Shown here one piece after another: positions 17,673-27,211 of a stretch of DNA of 64,000 nt. How positions within the stretch are numbered: position 1 is the first letter of the stretch; every line of letters begins with the position of its first letter. The DNA is from Pelagibacteraceae bacterium AG-422-B15 (GTDB lineage: Bacteria > Pseudomonadota > Alphaproteobacteria > Pelagibacterales > AG-422-B15): contig QCMN01000001.1 of the NCBI GenBank assembly GCA_003213715.1, positions 57,956 to 121,955 of the forward strand, given 5' to 3'. Below the pieces are notes generated by a model that was not told where the DNA came from, made no database searches, and worked only from the letters and a program-made list of their open reading frames with translations. The position numbers were made by a program, and so were the translations under genes.

Positions 17673-18740
17673 ATGAGAAAAATCTATTATTTTTTAATAG
17701 TTGCAATCTTAATATTTGTTGTTGGGTTCTTTGGAATAAGAAATACATCAGTTCAAAATTTCTTTATCGACTTAATTTTTGAATCTCAGTTAAATAATCA
17801 AGATAAATTAGTTACCTTTGAAGGTGATTATATCATCGGACTTGTCTGCGGATCACGAGGTCCATTGCCTGGTAAAGGAAGAGCTGAGCCATGTATTATG
17901 ATCAAGACTCCAGACCATATGTTTATTGTGGATACCGGAGATGGAAGTAGGCAAAATTTAATAAATTGGCAGATAGATCTTGGTAATTTAGATGCCGTAC
18001 TGTTTACTCACCTGCATTCAGACCATATTTCTGATTTGGCTGATTTTCATCTTTATTCATGGGTAACTCAAAATAGAGAAGGAAAACTTCCTGTTTATGG
18101 ACCAGAGGGAACACAATTAGTTACTGAGGGCATAACAAGGGCTTACGAGCTTGATTATGAATGGAGAACGCTGCATCATGGAGAGGAAGTAGCACCGTCT
18201 GATATTGCCGGCTTTGATACAAAAATAATAGATTTAAATAATCCAATTATTTTTGATGATGGCAGTTTGAAGATAACAGCATTTGAAGTTGAACATCTGC
18301 CAGTCTATCCCTCATTAGGATTTCGCTTTGATTATAAGGGCAGATCAATTGTAATTAGTGGGGATACGGATTACAGTACAAATTTGATTGAACAATCAAA
18401 AAATGCTGACTTACTTTTTCATGATGCTTTGTCATATAATATGATAGGTAGAGCTGAGGATATATCAGAGATTATACAGCCTCAACTTTCAAGAGTTTTT
18501 TATGATATTCAGGGATATCACGCCTCACCTGTTGAAGCCGCGCAAGCCGCAAATGAAGCAAATGTAAAAGAGTTAATTTTTTATCACCTGATACCAGCTC
18601 CTGATAGTTTTATTGCTAAAATAATTTTCGTAAAAGGGGTAAGCGAAGTTCGACCTGATAACTGGACATTAGCTGATGATGGTACCATAGCAATTTTACC
18701 AGTTAATTCAGAGGATATTACAATTACAAATATCGAATAA
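17673..18740 (+). CDS. Metallo-beta-lactamase-fold hydrolase (RNase Z/ElaC-like subgroup) with N-terminal membrane anchor
   Basis: H-x-H-x-D-H motif THLHSDHISD, a later ISGDTDY and HAS. The N-terminal helix is YYFLIVAILIFVVGFFGI. Confidence 0.75.
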   Translation: MRKIYYFLIVAILIFVVGFFGIRNTSVQNFFIDLIFESQLNNQDKLVTFEGDYIIGLVCGSRGPLPGKGRAEPCIMIKTPDHMFIVDTGDGSRQNLINWQIDLGNLDAVLFTHLHSDHISDLADFHLYSWVTQNREGKLPVYGPEGTQLVTEGITRAYELDYEWRTLHHGEEVAPSDIAGFDTKIIDLNNPIIFDDGSLKITAFEVEHLPVYPSLGFRFDYKGRSIVISGDTDYSTNLIEQSKNADLLFHDALSYNMIGRAEDISEIIQPQLSRVFYDIQGYHASPVEAAQAANEANVKELIFYHLIPAPDSFIAKIIFVKGVSEVRPDNWTLADDGTIAILPVNSEDITITNIE

Positions 18741-20413
18741 TGATTAAAAAAATATCTCTTTCAGTTTTTTTTATTCTTATTCTTGCTTTAATCCTATGGA
18801 CATACAAACTTCAAATATTTCTTTGGTCACTACCAACTATATTTGAGTTCACAAGACCAGTTGCTGAAAACCGTGAGGTAATTTGGCCAGACGGTCCATC
18901 AGAAAGAGATCCTGCCTTAGCTAATAAACCAAATATAATTTTAATACTTGCTGATGATTTGGGCTTCAATGATGTATCGCTTTATAATGGCGGTGCAGGG
19001 GATGGCAGTTTAATGACACCAAACATGGACCGTATTGGTTTAGAAGGCATAAAATTTAATAATGGTTACGCGGCAAGTGCAAGCTGCTCTCCCTCACGCG
19101 CCTCAATTATGACTGGTCGCTATTCAACAAGATTTGGATTTGAATTTACCCCCGCATTTAAATCACTCATTACTATTACAAAATGGGGTGAAGAATTAAA
19201 CAATACGGGGCTGTCTGTAATTTTTGATGATGAAGCTGAACTCACTGCTTTGGATAATGATGGTAATATTGGATACCCAGGCATGCCATCTAGCGAAATA
19301 ACTATTCCAGAGGTACTAAAAAATGAAGGATATTACAATGCAATAATTGGGAAGTGGCATCTTGGAACTGCTCCAAGTTATGGTCCAATTGATCAGGGAT
19401 TTGACGACAGCCTTCAATTAATGGGCGGACTTTATCTTCCAGAGAATCATCCAGATGTTGTAAATGCTAGAACTGGGGAAATTATTGACGAGATGGTTTG
19501 GGCCAGTACTCAATACGCTGCACGAAATAATAAGAGTGAACCATTTGAACCTCGTGGATATATTACTGACTACTACACAGATGAAGCAATCAAAGTTATT
19601 GAAAAAAATAAGAACAGGCCCTTCTTTTTATACCTATCTCACTTTGCGCCTCATAATCCACTTCAAGCTCTAAGAGACGACTATGATCATTTTCACCATA
19701 TCGAAGGTGAATTCAGTGAAGAATTAAAGGTATATTCTGCGATGTTAAGAGCTCTCGATAGGAGTGTTGGGAGAATATTAGATACACTTGAAAAGAATAA
19801 TCTAACAGATAATACACTAATAGTATTAACCAGCGATAACGGTGGAGCTAATTACATTCATTTATCTGATATCAATAAACCTTATCGTGGATGGAAACTA
19901 ACTCATTTCGAAGGTGGTTTGCATGTTCCATTTATGGCTAAATGGCCAAATAAAATTGAACCAGGAATAGAATTTAACGCTCCTATTCACGCAAATGATA
20001 TTTTACCAACATTTGCTGCTGCAGCTGGAGCAGAATTACCGGATGATAGAATCATTGACGGAGTAAACTTGCTGCCCTTTTTACAAAATCACAATTCAGA
20101 CATGCCGCATGAAACACTATATTGGCTACAAGGTCGCCTTCAAACTGTTCTTCACAAAAATTGGAAGCTCATTACTGATCACCGAACTGGTAAAGACTGG
20201 TTGTTTAATGTTGAGAGTGACCCCTATGAGAGAATTAATCTTGCAAGCGAAATGACGTTGAAAGTTGATGAGCTGAAAAGACTATTAAATGATCATAAAA
20301 AGGTTCAACCTCCTCCACTATATGATAACACAATGTCTGCTCCTATATTAATTGATAAACACAATGGGTATGCATTTCAAGATGGTGATGAGTTCACTTA
20401 TTGGGATAATTAA
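18740..20413 (+). CDS. Formylglycine-dependent (type I) sulfatase, arylsulfatase family, N-terminally anchored
   Basis: ILILADDLGFNDV, the C-x-P-x-R signature CSPSRASIMTGR, GKWHLG and LTSDNGG. The N-terminal hydrophobic helix is LSVFFILILALILW. Confidence 0.85.
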   Translation: MIKKISLSVFFILILALILWTYKLQIFLWSLPTIFEFTRPVAENREVIWPDGPSERDPALANKPNIILILADDLGFNDVSLYNGGAGDGSLMTPNMDRIGLEGIKFNNGYAASASCSPSRASIMTGRYSTRFGFEFTPAFKSLITITKWGEELNNTGLSVIFDDEAELTALDNDGNIGYPGMPSSEITIPEVLKNEGYYNAIIGKWHLGTAPSYGPIDQGFDDSLQLMGGLYLPENHPDVVNARTGEIIDEMVWASTQYAARNNKSEPFEPRGYITDYYTDEAIKVIEKNKNRPFFLYLSHFAPHNPLQALRDDYDHFHHIEGEFSEELKVYSAMLRALDRSVGRILDTLEKNNLTDNTLIVLTSDNGGANYIHLSDINKPYRGWKLTHFEGGLHVPFMAKWPNKIEPGIEFNAPIHANDILPTFAAAAGAELPDDRIIDGVNLLPFLQNHNSDMPHETLYWLQGRLQTVLHKNWKLITDHRTGKDWLFNVESDPYERINLASEMTLKVDELKRLLNDHKKVQPPPLYDNTMSAPILIDKHNGYAFQDGDEFTYWDN

Positions 20414-20473
20414 ATAGTATTTTTTTAAAATTTAATTAGACGATCGCTCTATTTGCTGTAAAATTTTTTCTAT

Positions 20474-20830
20474 ATGAGCGCAACAAATTCACTCCTAAGA
20501 TTTTGGGAAGAACAAATGGGAACGTCACACCGCTCAAGTAAGCACTTTTTCAGGAAGACCCCGTCTCATTATCATATGATGCTCCTTGTAATGTCAGCTC
20601 ATCAAAATAAAGAAAAGCTATGTGTTGAAGAATTAAAGACAAAGCTCTTTCATACATCTCGGCCTAAGTCATCTATGATGATTAATGAGGCTTGTGACAG
20701 AGGTTTCATACATTTAGAGAAAACAGAGAACGATAAAAGACGAAAAACAGTAAAACCAAGCTCTGAATTGATAAAAGAATTTAAGAATTATCTTAATTCA
20801 ATGAAAAATATCAATTGGAAGTCTGAATAA
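20474..20830 (+). CDS. Small winged-helix (MarR-like) putative transcriptional regulator
   Basis: 118 aa. CVEELKTKLFHTSRPKSSMMINEACDRGFIHLEKTENDKRRKTVKPS resembles a MarR recognition helix plus wing. The assignment is weak. Confidence 0.4.
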   Translation: MSATNSLLRFWEEQMGTSHRSSKHFFRKTPSHYHMMLLVMSAHQNKEKLCVEELKTKLFHTSRPKSSMMINEACDRGFIHLEKTENDKRRKTVKPSSELIKEFKNYLNSMKNINWKSE

Positions 20831-20835
20831 TAATT

Positions 20836-21576
20836 TCAAGAAAAAATTTTTTCAAAAAAATTAGACATCTCTCGCCATGAGTGCTGATCCGCATGCATAT
20901 CGTAGAATAATCCTGAGTTTCGATCATTAGCTTCAGGATTTGTAAAAGCATGTCCAACATTGCCGTAAGCATGAATTTGCCAATTTGCTTTTTTTGAATT
21001 TAATTCATCAGCTAAATCAATCATATTTTGTGGAGTGGCCATGGGATCATCGTACCCATGTAGAATTAAAATCGATGAGTCAATTTTTATTGATCCTTTT
21101 AATTGCTTTCCTGAACTTGCCGTTGGAGCGTCATATAATCCATGAAAACTTACAACCCCTTTAACATCTTCGCCTGCCCTAGCCAAATCAAGTGCACATT
21201 TTCCTCCAAAACAAAATCCAATTGCTCCGGTTTTGTTTTCATCAACTTTATCAAAATTCTTGAGGGTTTCAAAAGCATGGATCATTCTTTGTTGAAGCAT
21301 TACTCGGTCAGAATTAAATTCATTCATCAACTCCATTGACTCTTGGGGGTTTGAACCTCTTCTTCCCTGTCCATATAAATCCATAGCAAATGCAAAGTAC
21401 CCAAGCTCAGCAAGTTGTTCTGATTTCTTAATATCAAAATCAGAATGGCCTCCATAAGCATGACATACGAGAACTCCCGGTCTTGGTGTATCAAAACTAT
21501 CTTCATAACTTATTGAACCTTCAAATTGCACACTAGAATTTGCAGAACCATAAACTAGTTTTTCTGTTTTGATCAT
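20836..21576 (-). CDS. Dienelactone hydrolase family protein
   Basis: Nucleophile context GAIGFCFGGKCAL, ILHGYDDP and YGNVGHAF (alpha/beta hydrolase triad). Confidence 0.8.
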   Translation of the reverse strand: MIKTEKLVYGSANSSVQFEGSISYEDSFDTPRPGVLVCHAYGGHSDFDIKKSEQLAELGYFAFAMDLYGQGRRGSNPQESMELMNEFNSDRVMLQQRMIHAFETLKNFDKVDENKTGAIGFCFGGKCALDLARAGEDVKGVVSFHGLYDAPTASSGKQLKGSIKIDSSILILHGYDDPMATPQNMIDLADELNSKKANWQIHAYGNVGHAFTNPEANDRNSGLFYDMHADQHSWREMSNFFEKIFS

Positions 21577-21578
21577 AC

Positions 21579-22742
21579 TTATAGAATACCCTCATATGAG
21601 TTAATGTAAAGTTGCTTCATTTCATCAAGACTTATATCACGTGGGTTTGGTCCAGTGGATGGATCTTTCAAGGCCATTTCACTGAGTAGTTCAAAATCAA
21701 ATTCTTGATTAAGCTCCTTCAGTGTATGGGGGATAGCGAGTTCATCTCTAAGCTTCAATATCCACGACAGAAAACCATCAAATGTAGAATTTTCTAATTC
21801 TAAGTATTTTGTTAAAAGTTGTATCCTCTGACTTATAATAGGTTCATTAAACTTAAGTACATATGGCATAAATATTGCATTTGAGAGACCGTGATGAATA
21901 TCATTAACTGCATTTATAGGATGTGAAAGAGAATGTATTGCTCCTAGTCCTTTTTGAAATGCAGTTGATCCCATTGATGATGTTACTAACATTTTTGATC
22001 TTGCAAATATATCATCTGGATTTTTATAAGCATTTAGAAGACTATCTTTCACGTTCTTTATCCCTTCTAGTGCAATACCATCCGCCATAGGATGAAAACC
22101 TCTAGCACAGTATGCCTCTAAACAATGAGCTAATGCATCCATACCTGTTGCAGCTGTGAGATGAGGTGGAAGAGACAAAGTTAGGTTTGGATCAAGTATT
22201 ACAAGGTCTGGTAAGAACGAGGGATGAAATATTATTTTTTTTGTCTTATCACTTTCGTCCAAAATAAGTGATGCGCGGCCTGTTTCAGAACCTGTGCCAG
22301 CCGTAGTTGGTATCGCAATTACTTTTGGAAGTTGATCTGTAATTGCCCTTGTCCAATTATCCCCAATATCTTCGAAAAACCACAGGTTTTCCTTTTGTTT
22401 TGTCATAAAGGCAATTGCTTTACCAGCATCAAGAGAACTTCCTCCACCAATCGCTATTACACCATCGTTATTGTTAGACAAAAAGTGTTCAACGCCGTCC
22501 ATTACGTTCTTACCTGTTGGATTTCCTTTTATATTTGAAAAAATTGAGTGTTTGATTTTATTATTTTTTAATAATTCAGTAATTTTTATAAAGTTTTTAT
22601 TAGAGGTAAATTCTGGATCGGTAACAACTAAAGGATTTTGCATACCTTGAGCTTCTAAGGCATTTGGGATCTCTAGGGAACGGCCTAAACCAAACCATAT
22701 TGGGGTAGGATAATTCCAGCTAACATTATCAATATCACTCAT
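21579..22742 (-). CDS. Iron-containing (group III) alcohol dehydrogenase
   Basis: AIGGGSSLDAGKA, and the metal ligands DALAHCLEAY and HSLSHP. Confidence 0.85.
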   Translation of the reverse strand: MSDIDNVSWNYPTPIWFGLGRSLEIPNALEAQGMQNPLVVTDPEFTSNKNFIKITELLKNNKIKHSIFSNIKGNPTGKNVMDGVEHFLSNNNDGVIAIGGGSSLDAGKAIAFMTKQKENLWFFEDIGDNWTRAITDQLPKVIAIPTTAGTGSETGRASLILDESDKTKKIIFHPSFLPDLVILDPNLTLSLPPHLTAATGMDALAHCLEAYCARGFHPMADGIALEGIKNVKDSLLNAYKNPDDIFARSKMLVTSSMGSTAFQKGLGAIHSLSHPINAVNDIHHGLSNAIFMPYVLKFNEPIISQRIQLLTKYLELENSTFDGFLSWILKLRDELAIPHTLKELNQEFDFELLSEMALKDPSTGPNPRDISLDEMKQLYINSYEGIL

Positions 22743-22748
22743 ACTTTT

Positions 22749-23657
22749 CTATAGTGTTGGCGGTGTGGTTTTTTTTGTAGTACCAAAAGCATAGAAACTT
22801 ATAGCAATGATAATTACCAAGCCACCCATTAAAGTTATGTTTGAGGGAACTTCGTTTACTCCAAATAAAGGTATCCAACACCAAATTACTCCTCCCACAA
22901 CTTCTGTTAAAGAAAGTAACATAAATTCTGCTGCAGGCAGATAGCGCGCACCTAAACTTAAAAGTATAAGTCCAATCCCAACTAAAGTTCCGTGTAGCAT
23001 ACTTAATAAAATATTTTGTAACGGCATTGAGTAACTGTCAGCAAATAAAACAATCATAATCATTGAAAAAAGCGAGCAGGCAATACCAGCAATAATGATT
23101 GTCGTAAATTTAGGTGTGTCTGGTTGCCATCTGAGCGTTGTTGCAAATATTGCAAATCCAATAGAACAGAATAAACCAAATACCCAACCTAAAAAGGTTC
23201 CTGCATACCAGTCATTATAAGCCATTAGAAAGATTCCAAACAAAGATACAAAACACGCTATCGCAGTTGTGATGCCAATTTTTTCTTTTAGAAAGATATA
23301 TGCAAAGAGCCCTGCAAATAATGGTTGTGTGCCGATCATAAATAATGTGGTAGCCGCAGAGGTATAAGTCATTCCAAAAATAAAAAATATAAAAGCTGCG
23401 GCAAGACCAATACCACCCAATAAACCAGATGATCCAACTCTATTAAAATTATGATAGAAAGAAATTCCTTCGTTATAAATCAAATATATCAACAAAATTG
23501 TTGCTACAACTATACCTCTATAAAAAAGGTAATGCCATTGATAGACCTGAGCATCTACCATATACCTAACAGTAGGAGCTCCAAAACTCCATATCAAACC
23601 AGCAGATAGTGCCAGTATAAAACCTATTAAATATGTTTTGTTATTCTGCTCTGTCAT
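22749..23657 (-). CDS. DMT superfamily (EamA-like) transporter
   Basis: About 10 hydrophobic helices with a duplicated EamA-like architecture. The start is moved to the internal Met (MTEQNNKTY) at 23657 to avoid overlapping the divergent gene. Confidence 0.7.
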   Translation of the reverse strand: MTEQNNKTYLIGFILALSAGLIWSFGAPTVRYMVDAQVYQWHYLFYRGIVVATILLIYLIYNEGISFYHNFNRVGSSGLLGGIGLAAAFIFFIFGMTYTSAATTLFMIGTQPLFAGLFAYIFLKEKIGITTAIACFVSLFGIFLMAYNDWYAGTFLGWVFGLFCSIGFAIFATTLRWQPDTPKFTTIIIAGIACSLFSMIMIVLFADSYSMPLQNILLSMLHGTLVGIGLILLSLGARYLPAAEFMLLSLTEVVGGVIWCWIPLFGVNEVPSNITLMGGLVIIIAISFYAFGTTKKTTPPTL

Positions 23658-23703
23658 ATAATCTACTGCAGAATATATAAATAATAGCCTTATGACACTA
23701 TAA

Positions 23704-24846
23704 ATGACCACAGAAAATGAGATAACAGCATTGGGTGAGTTTAATAAAAAGTTCGAAAACACTTACGAATTATTCAAGAAAAACTTAGAAAATGATGAGG
23801 AGGTGGGTGCATCATTTGCCGTTTATCAAAATGGAGAAGTTTTGGTGAACCTTTATGGCGGCTATCGGGATCGTGATAAAAAAAACAAGTGGGACCAAAA
23901 TACAATAGTAAATATCCACTCAACCAGTAAGGGTATTGTTGCGATGATTGTTGCTAAATTGATTGATGAAAACAAACTAGATTTGGAGAAAAATGTTGCT
24001 GATTACTGGCCTGAATTTGCGAACGGCGGAAAAGAAAGTATAAAAGTAAAAACATTACTCTCCCATCAAGCAGGGATGTATGGATGGAGACAGCCTATAG
24101 ATGAAACCGATTTTTACAAATGGGACTATGTAGTTGATCTGTTGGCAAATCAAGAACCATATCATAAAGCTGATGAAAAAATATGTTATCATCCAAAAAC
24201 GATCGGTTTTTTAGTTGGTGAATTAATTAAACGAGTTACCAATAAATCAGTTGGTAAGAACTTGGAGGAGTTACTGAATAGTCCTCTTGAAACTAAATGT
24301 TTTATAGGTACACCTTCAGCATATCATGACAATATTGCTGAACTAATTAGTTCTGAAAGCCTAAGGAAAGCTTTCAGTAATCCGACAAATGTAGATGAGT
24401 ATCTAATTACTGCGTTTCTTAATCCTGCAAACAGAACAAAAACAGCAAATACAGCTGAATGGCGACTTGCGGAGATTCCAGCTATGAACTGTCACTCTAA
24501 TTCAGGATCACTTGCAAAAATTTATGATTTTTTCTTATCGCATTTATCAAATAAATTTATTTCATCAAATACCTTTGAAACTCTTACTACAGTTGCTGTA
24601 AGTGGAGACGATCATGTAATGAAGTCACCTATGCAGTGGTCACATGCAGGTTATAGTGTCGGTGGTGGAAAATTATTTGGTAAAAGCAGTAAAGCATTTG
24701 GTCATACTGGATGGGGCGGTTCTATGGCATTTGGGGATCCTGAAAATGGAATTAGCTGCGCATACACAATGAATTTATTAACTGGATCCATGCTCGGTGA
24801 TCAAAGAGCACTTAAATTAGTTGAAACAATATATGATACCCTATGA
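23704..24846 (+). CDS. Beta-lactamase-related serine hydrolase (EstB/class C-like esterase or amidase)
   Basis: S-x-x-K motif IHSTSKG and a K/H-T-G-like GHTGWGG. No signal peptide is apparent. Confidence 0.75.
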   Translation: MTTENEITALGEFNKKFENTYELFKKNLENDEEVGASFAVYQNGEVLVNLYGGYRDRDKKNKWDQNTIVNIHSTSKGIVAMIVAKLIDENKLDLEKNVADYWPEFANGGKESIKVKTLLSHQAGMYGWRQPIDETDFYKWDYVVDLLANQEPYHKADEKICYHPKTIGFLVGELIKRVTNKSVGKNLEELLNSPLETKCFIGTPSAYHDNIAELISSESLRKAFSNPTNVDEYLITAFLNPANRTKTANTAEWRLAEIPAMNCHSNSGSLAKIYDFFLSHLSNKFISSNTFETLTTVAVSGDDHVMKSPMQWSHAGYSVGGGKLFGKSSKAFGHTGWGGSMAFGDPENGISCAYTMNLLTGSMLGDQRALKLVETIYDTL

Positions 24847-26174
24847 AACTAAGTTTTAGATCAAAATTGTTTTACGGTGGTGGTGATTTTGCCATTAATA
24901 TAATGTGGCAACTGACTGTCTTCTACTTACTATTTTTTTATACAGATATTTTTGGATTATCGCCTGCAAACGCTGGATTAGTTTTCTTTTTAGCGAAAAT
25001 CTGGGACGCATTTACTGACCCGATTATGGGGTATATTGCAGATAATACTTCGACCAGATGGGGGAAATTCAGACCCTATATTTTGTTTGGATCAGTACCT
25101 GCGCTAATAATGATTATTTTATGCTTTACCTCACCTGATTTGTCACAAACGGGTAAATTTTATTGGGCACTTTTTACATACATTACATTCACCACTTTAT
25201 ATACAATCATTGCTATTCCAGTTGGATCGCTCATTCCGGCGATGACTCAAGACAGAGATGAAAGAACATCGCTCGCATCATTTAGATATTTAGGAGCCAG
25301 CTCTGGATCAATTGCTGTTGCAGTTCTAACATTGCCTCTGGTTGGCCTTTTTAGCTCACCACAGTTCGGATTTCCAATTGTAGTGGGTTGTTTGGCAGTC
25401 CTTGGAGCTATTTTTGCATTCCTATGTTTTTTTAATACTAAAGAAGTTTATTCAAAGCCATATGAAGAAACCATTGGTATTAAAAAAGTTACTAAAATGG
25501 TATTTAACAATTATCCATTACATTTCGTAGTATTGGCACTTTTAACAACTTGGGTTGCAAATAATATCAAGCAACTAACAGTTGTCTATTTTGTAAAATA
25601 TAATCTTCAATTAGAGGCTTACTTTAGTCCAATTTTGCTTGGAGTAATTTTACAAATTATGTTTGGTGCATATTTAGTTAACTTAATAAAACATAGGTTT
25701 GAGAAAAAGACTTTATTCATGATTGGAACATTTCTTTACGTAATCACAGATTTAATAATCTATTATATCACTGGGTATGAAAACTTTTGGTTATTAGCTT
25801 TTATTGCAACCTTTGGCTTCATTGGTTTCGGTATGGCAGGTGTCATGGCCTGGTCAATGATAGCTGATACAATCGAATATGGTGAATGGAAATCTGGATT
25901 TCGTGCTGAAGGAGTCTTAAACGCAGCTCACGTATTTGTTTTTAAATTGAGTGTTGGTTTTAGTGCATGGCTTGCTGGAGTAATTCTTGAAAGCACAGAC
26001 TATGTGGCAAATGCAATAGATCAAAGTCCAGAAACATTGAATGGTCTATTTATTATGGGATATATTTTTCCAGCCGTTGCCGGAACTATAGCAATAATAG
26101 TTACGTACTTTAATAAGTACGATAGTAACTTTTATGAAAGAATATTTTCTGAATTAAAACAAAGACAAAGTTAA
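24843..26174 (+). CDS. Glycoside-pentoside-hexuronide (GPH):cation symporter, MFS-type (MelB/YicJ-like)
   Basis: The signature DAFTDPIMGYIADNTSTRWGKFRPYILFG and about 12 TM segments. It overlaps the upstream gene by 4 nt. Confidence 0.8.
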   Translation: MKLSFRSKLFYGGGDFAINIMWQLTVFYLLFFYTDIFGLSPANAGLVFFLAKIWDAFTDPIMGYIADNTSTRWGKFRPYILFGSVPALIMIILCFTSPDLSQTGKFYWALFTYITFTTLYTIIAIPVGSLIPAMTQDRDERTSLASFRYLGASSGSIAVAVLTLPLVGLFSSPQFGFPIVVGCLAVLGAIFAFLCFFNTKEVYSKPYEETIGIKKVTKMVFNNYPLHFVVLALLTTWVANNIKQLTVVYFVKYNLQLEAYFSPILLGVILQIMFGAYLVNLIKHRFEKKTLFMIGTFLYVITDLIIYYITGYENFWLLAFIATFGFIGFGMAGVMAWSMIADTIEYGEWKSGFRAEGVLNAAHVFVFKLSVGFSAWLAGVILESTDYVANAIDQSPETLNGLFIMGYIFPAVAGTIAIIVTYFNKYDSNFYERIFSELKQRQS

Positions 26175-26177
26175 GTT

Positions 26178-27209
26178 ATGAACACAGTCTCGATTGGTGA
26201 GGGCTTTGGCAGAGTTAACCTCATTGGGGAGCATTTAGACTATAATGGTGGACATGTTTTACCGTTACAAATTAAGAACTCAATTATCTGTGAGATCGTT
26301 GAAAATAAAAATAGTGAGTCTATTTCGATAGTTTCAGATAAATATAAGGACTCTTTAATTGTTAAGAAACTCGAAAAAAGAAATAATTGGGCAGATTTCG
26401 TTATTGGATCATGTCTTTATTTTGAGAAGAAATTTTCAGTTAAGATTAACAATATCTCAATTTATATCAAAAGCAGCCTTCCATTGGGGGTCGGTCTCTC
26501 TTCCTCTGCTGCAATCACCGTTAGTACTTTAAAATCACTAAGTTGCTATTTTCAAAAAAATTTAGCAGACGAAGATTTAATTAATTTAGCATTTGAGGTT
26601 GAAAATGATTTTGTTGGTGTGGGCGGTGGAGTTATGGATCAATTTGTATCGGTCTTAGGAAATCATTATGAAGCTCTTTTTCTTGATACCTTTAATAAAA
26701 ATTATGAATTGATACCAATTTTTCAAGATTATCAATTTCTATTAATTGATAGCAATACACAAAGGATTTTATCAGATAGTGAGTTTAACAAAAAAAAAGA
26801 ATTATGTCTGAATGCTGCAAAAAAAATGAAAATTCAAAATCTCTGTACAAAAACAAAAATTGATGAAAATGATATTCAATTACTTTCAGATGAAGAGCTT
26901 AATGTTAGTAAACATGTAATTGAGGAAAATTTGAGAGTTGTAAAAGCAGCTCAATATTTAAAAGATAATAAAGCTGAAGAATTTGGAAAATTAATGACAG
27001 AAAGTCATATTTCTTTATCACGGCACTATAGAGTTTCAACTGATAATTTAAATAAGTTGGTTGATCTATCTAATTCCTTTGGCGCTTTAGGATCTAAACT
27101 TACTGGAGCTGGTTTTGGTGGGGCAATCGTAACTTTAGTAAAAAAAGAGCTGGTTGAAGAACTTAAAAAGTATATTCTTGATGGGTATCCAAATGCTAAA
27201 TTTATATAA
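26178..27209 (+). CDS. galK: Galactokinase (GHMP kinase family)
   Basis: Galactokinase signature GRVNLIGEHLDYNGG, GHMP ATP motif LPLGVGLSSSAA, and C-terminal TGAGFGGA. Confidence 0.8.
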   Translation: MNTVSIGEGFGRVNLIGEHLDYNGGHVLPLQIKNSIICEIVENKNSESISIVSDKYKDSLIVKKLEKRNNWADFVIGSCLYFEKKFSVKINNISIYIKSSLPLGVGLSSSAAITVSTLKSLSCYFQKNLADEDLINLAFEVENDFVGVGGGVMDQFVSVLGNHYEALFLDTFNKNYELIPIFQDYQFLLIDSNTQRILSDSEFNKKKELCLNAAKKMKIQNLCTKTKIDENDIQLLSDEELNVSKHVIEENLRVVKAAQYLKDNKAEEFGKLMTESHISLSRHYRVSTDNLNKLVDLSNSFGALGSKLTGAGFGGAIVTLVKKELVEELKKYILDGYPNAKFI

Positions 27210-27211
27210 TT

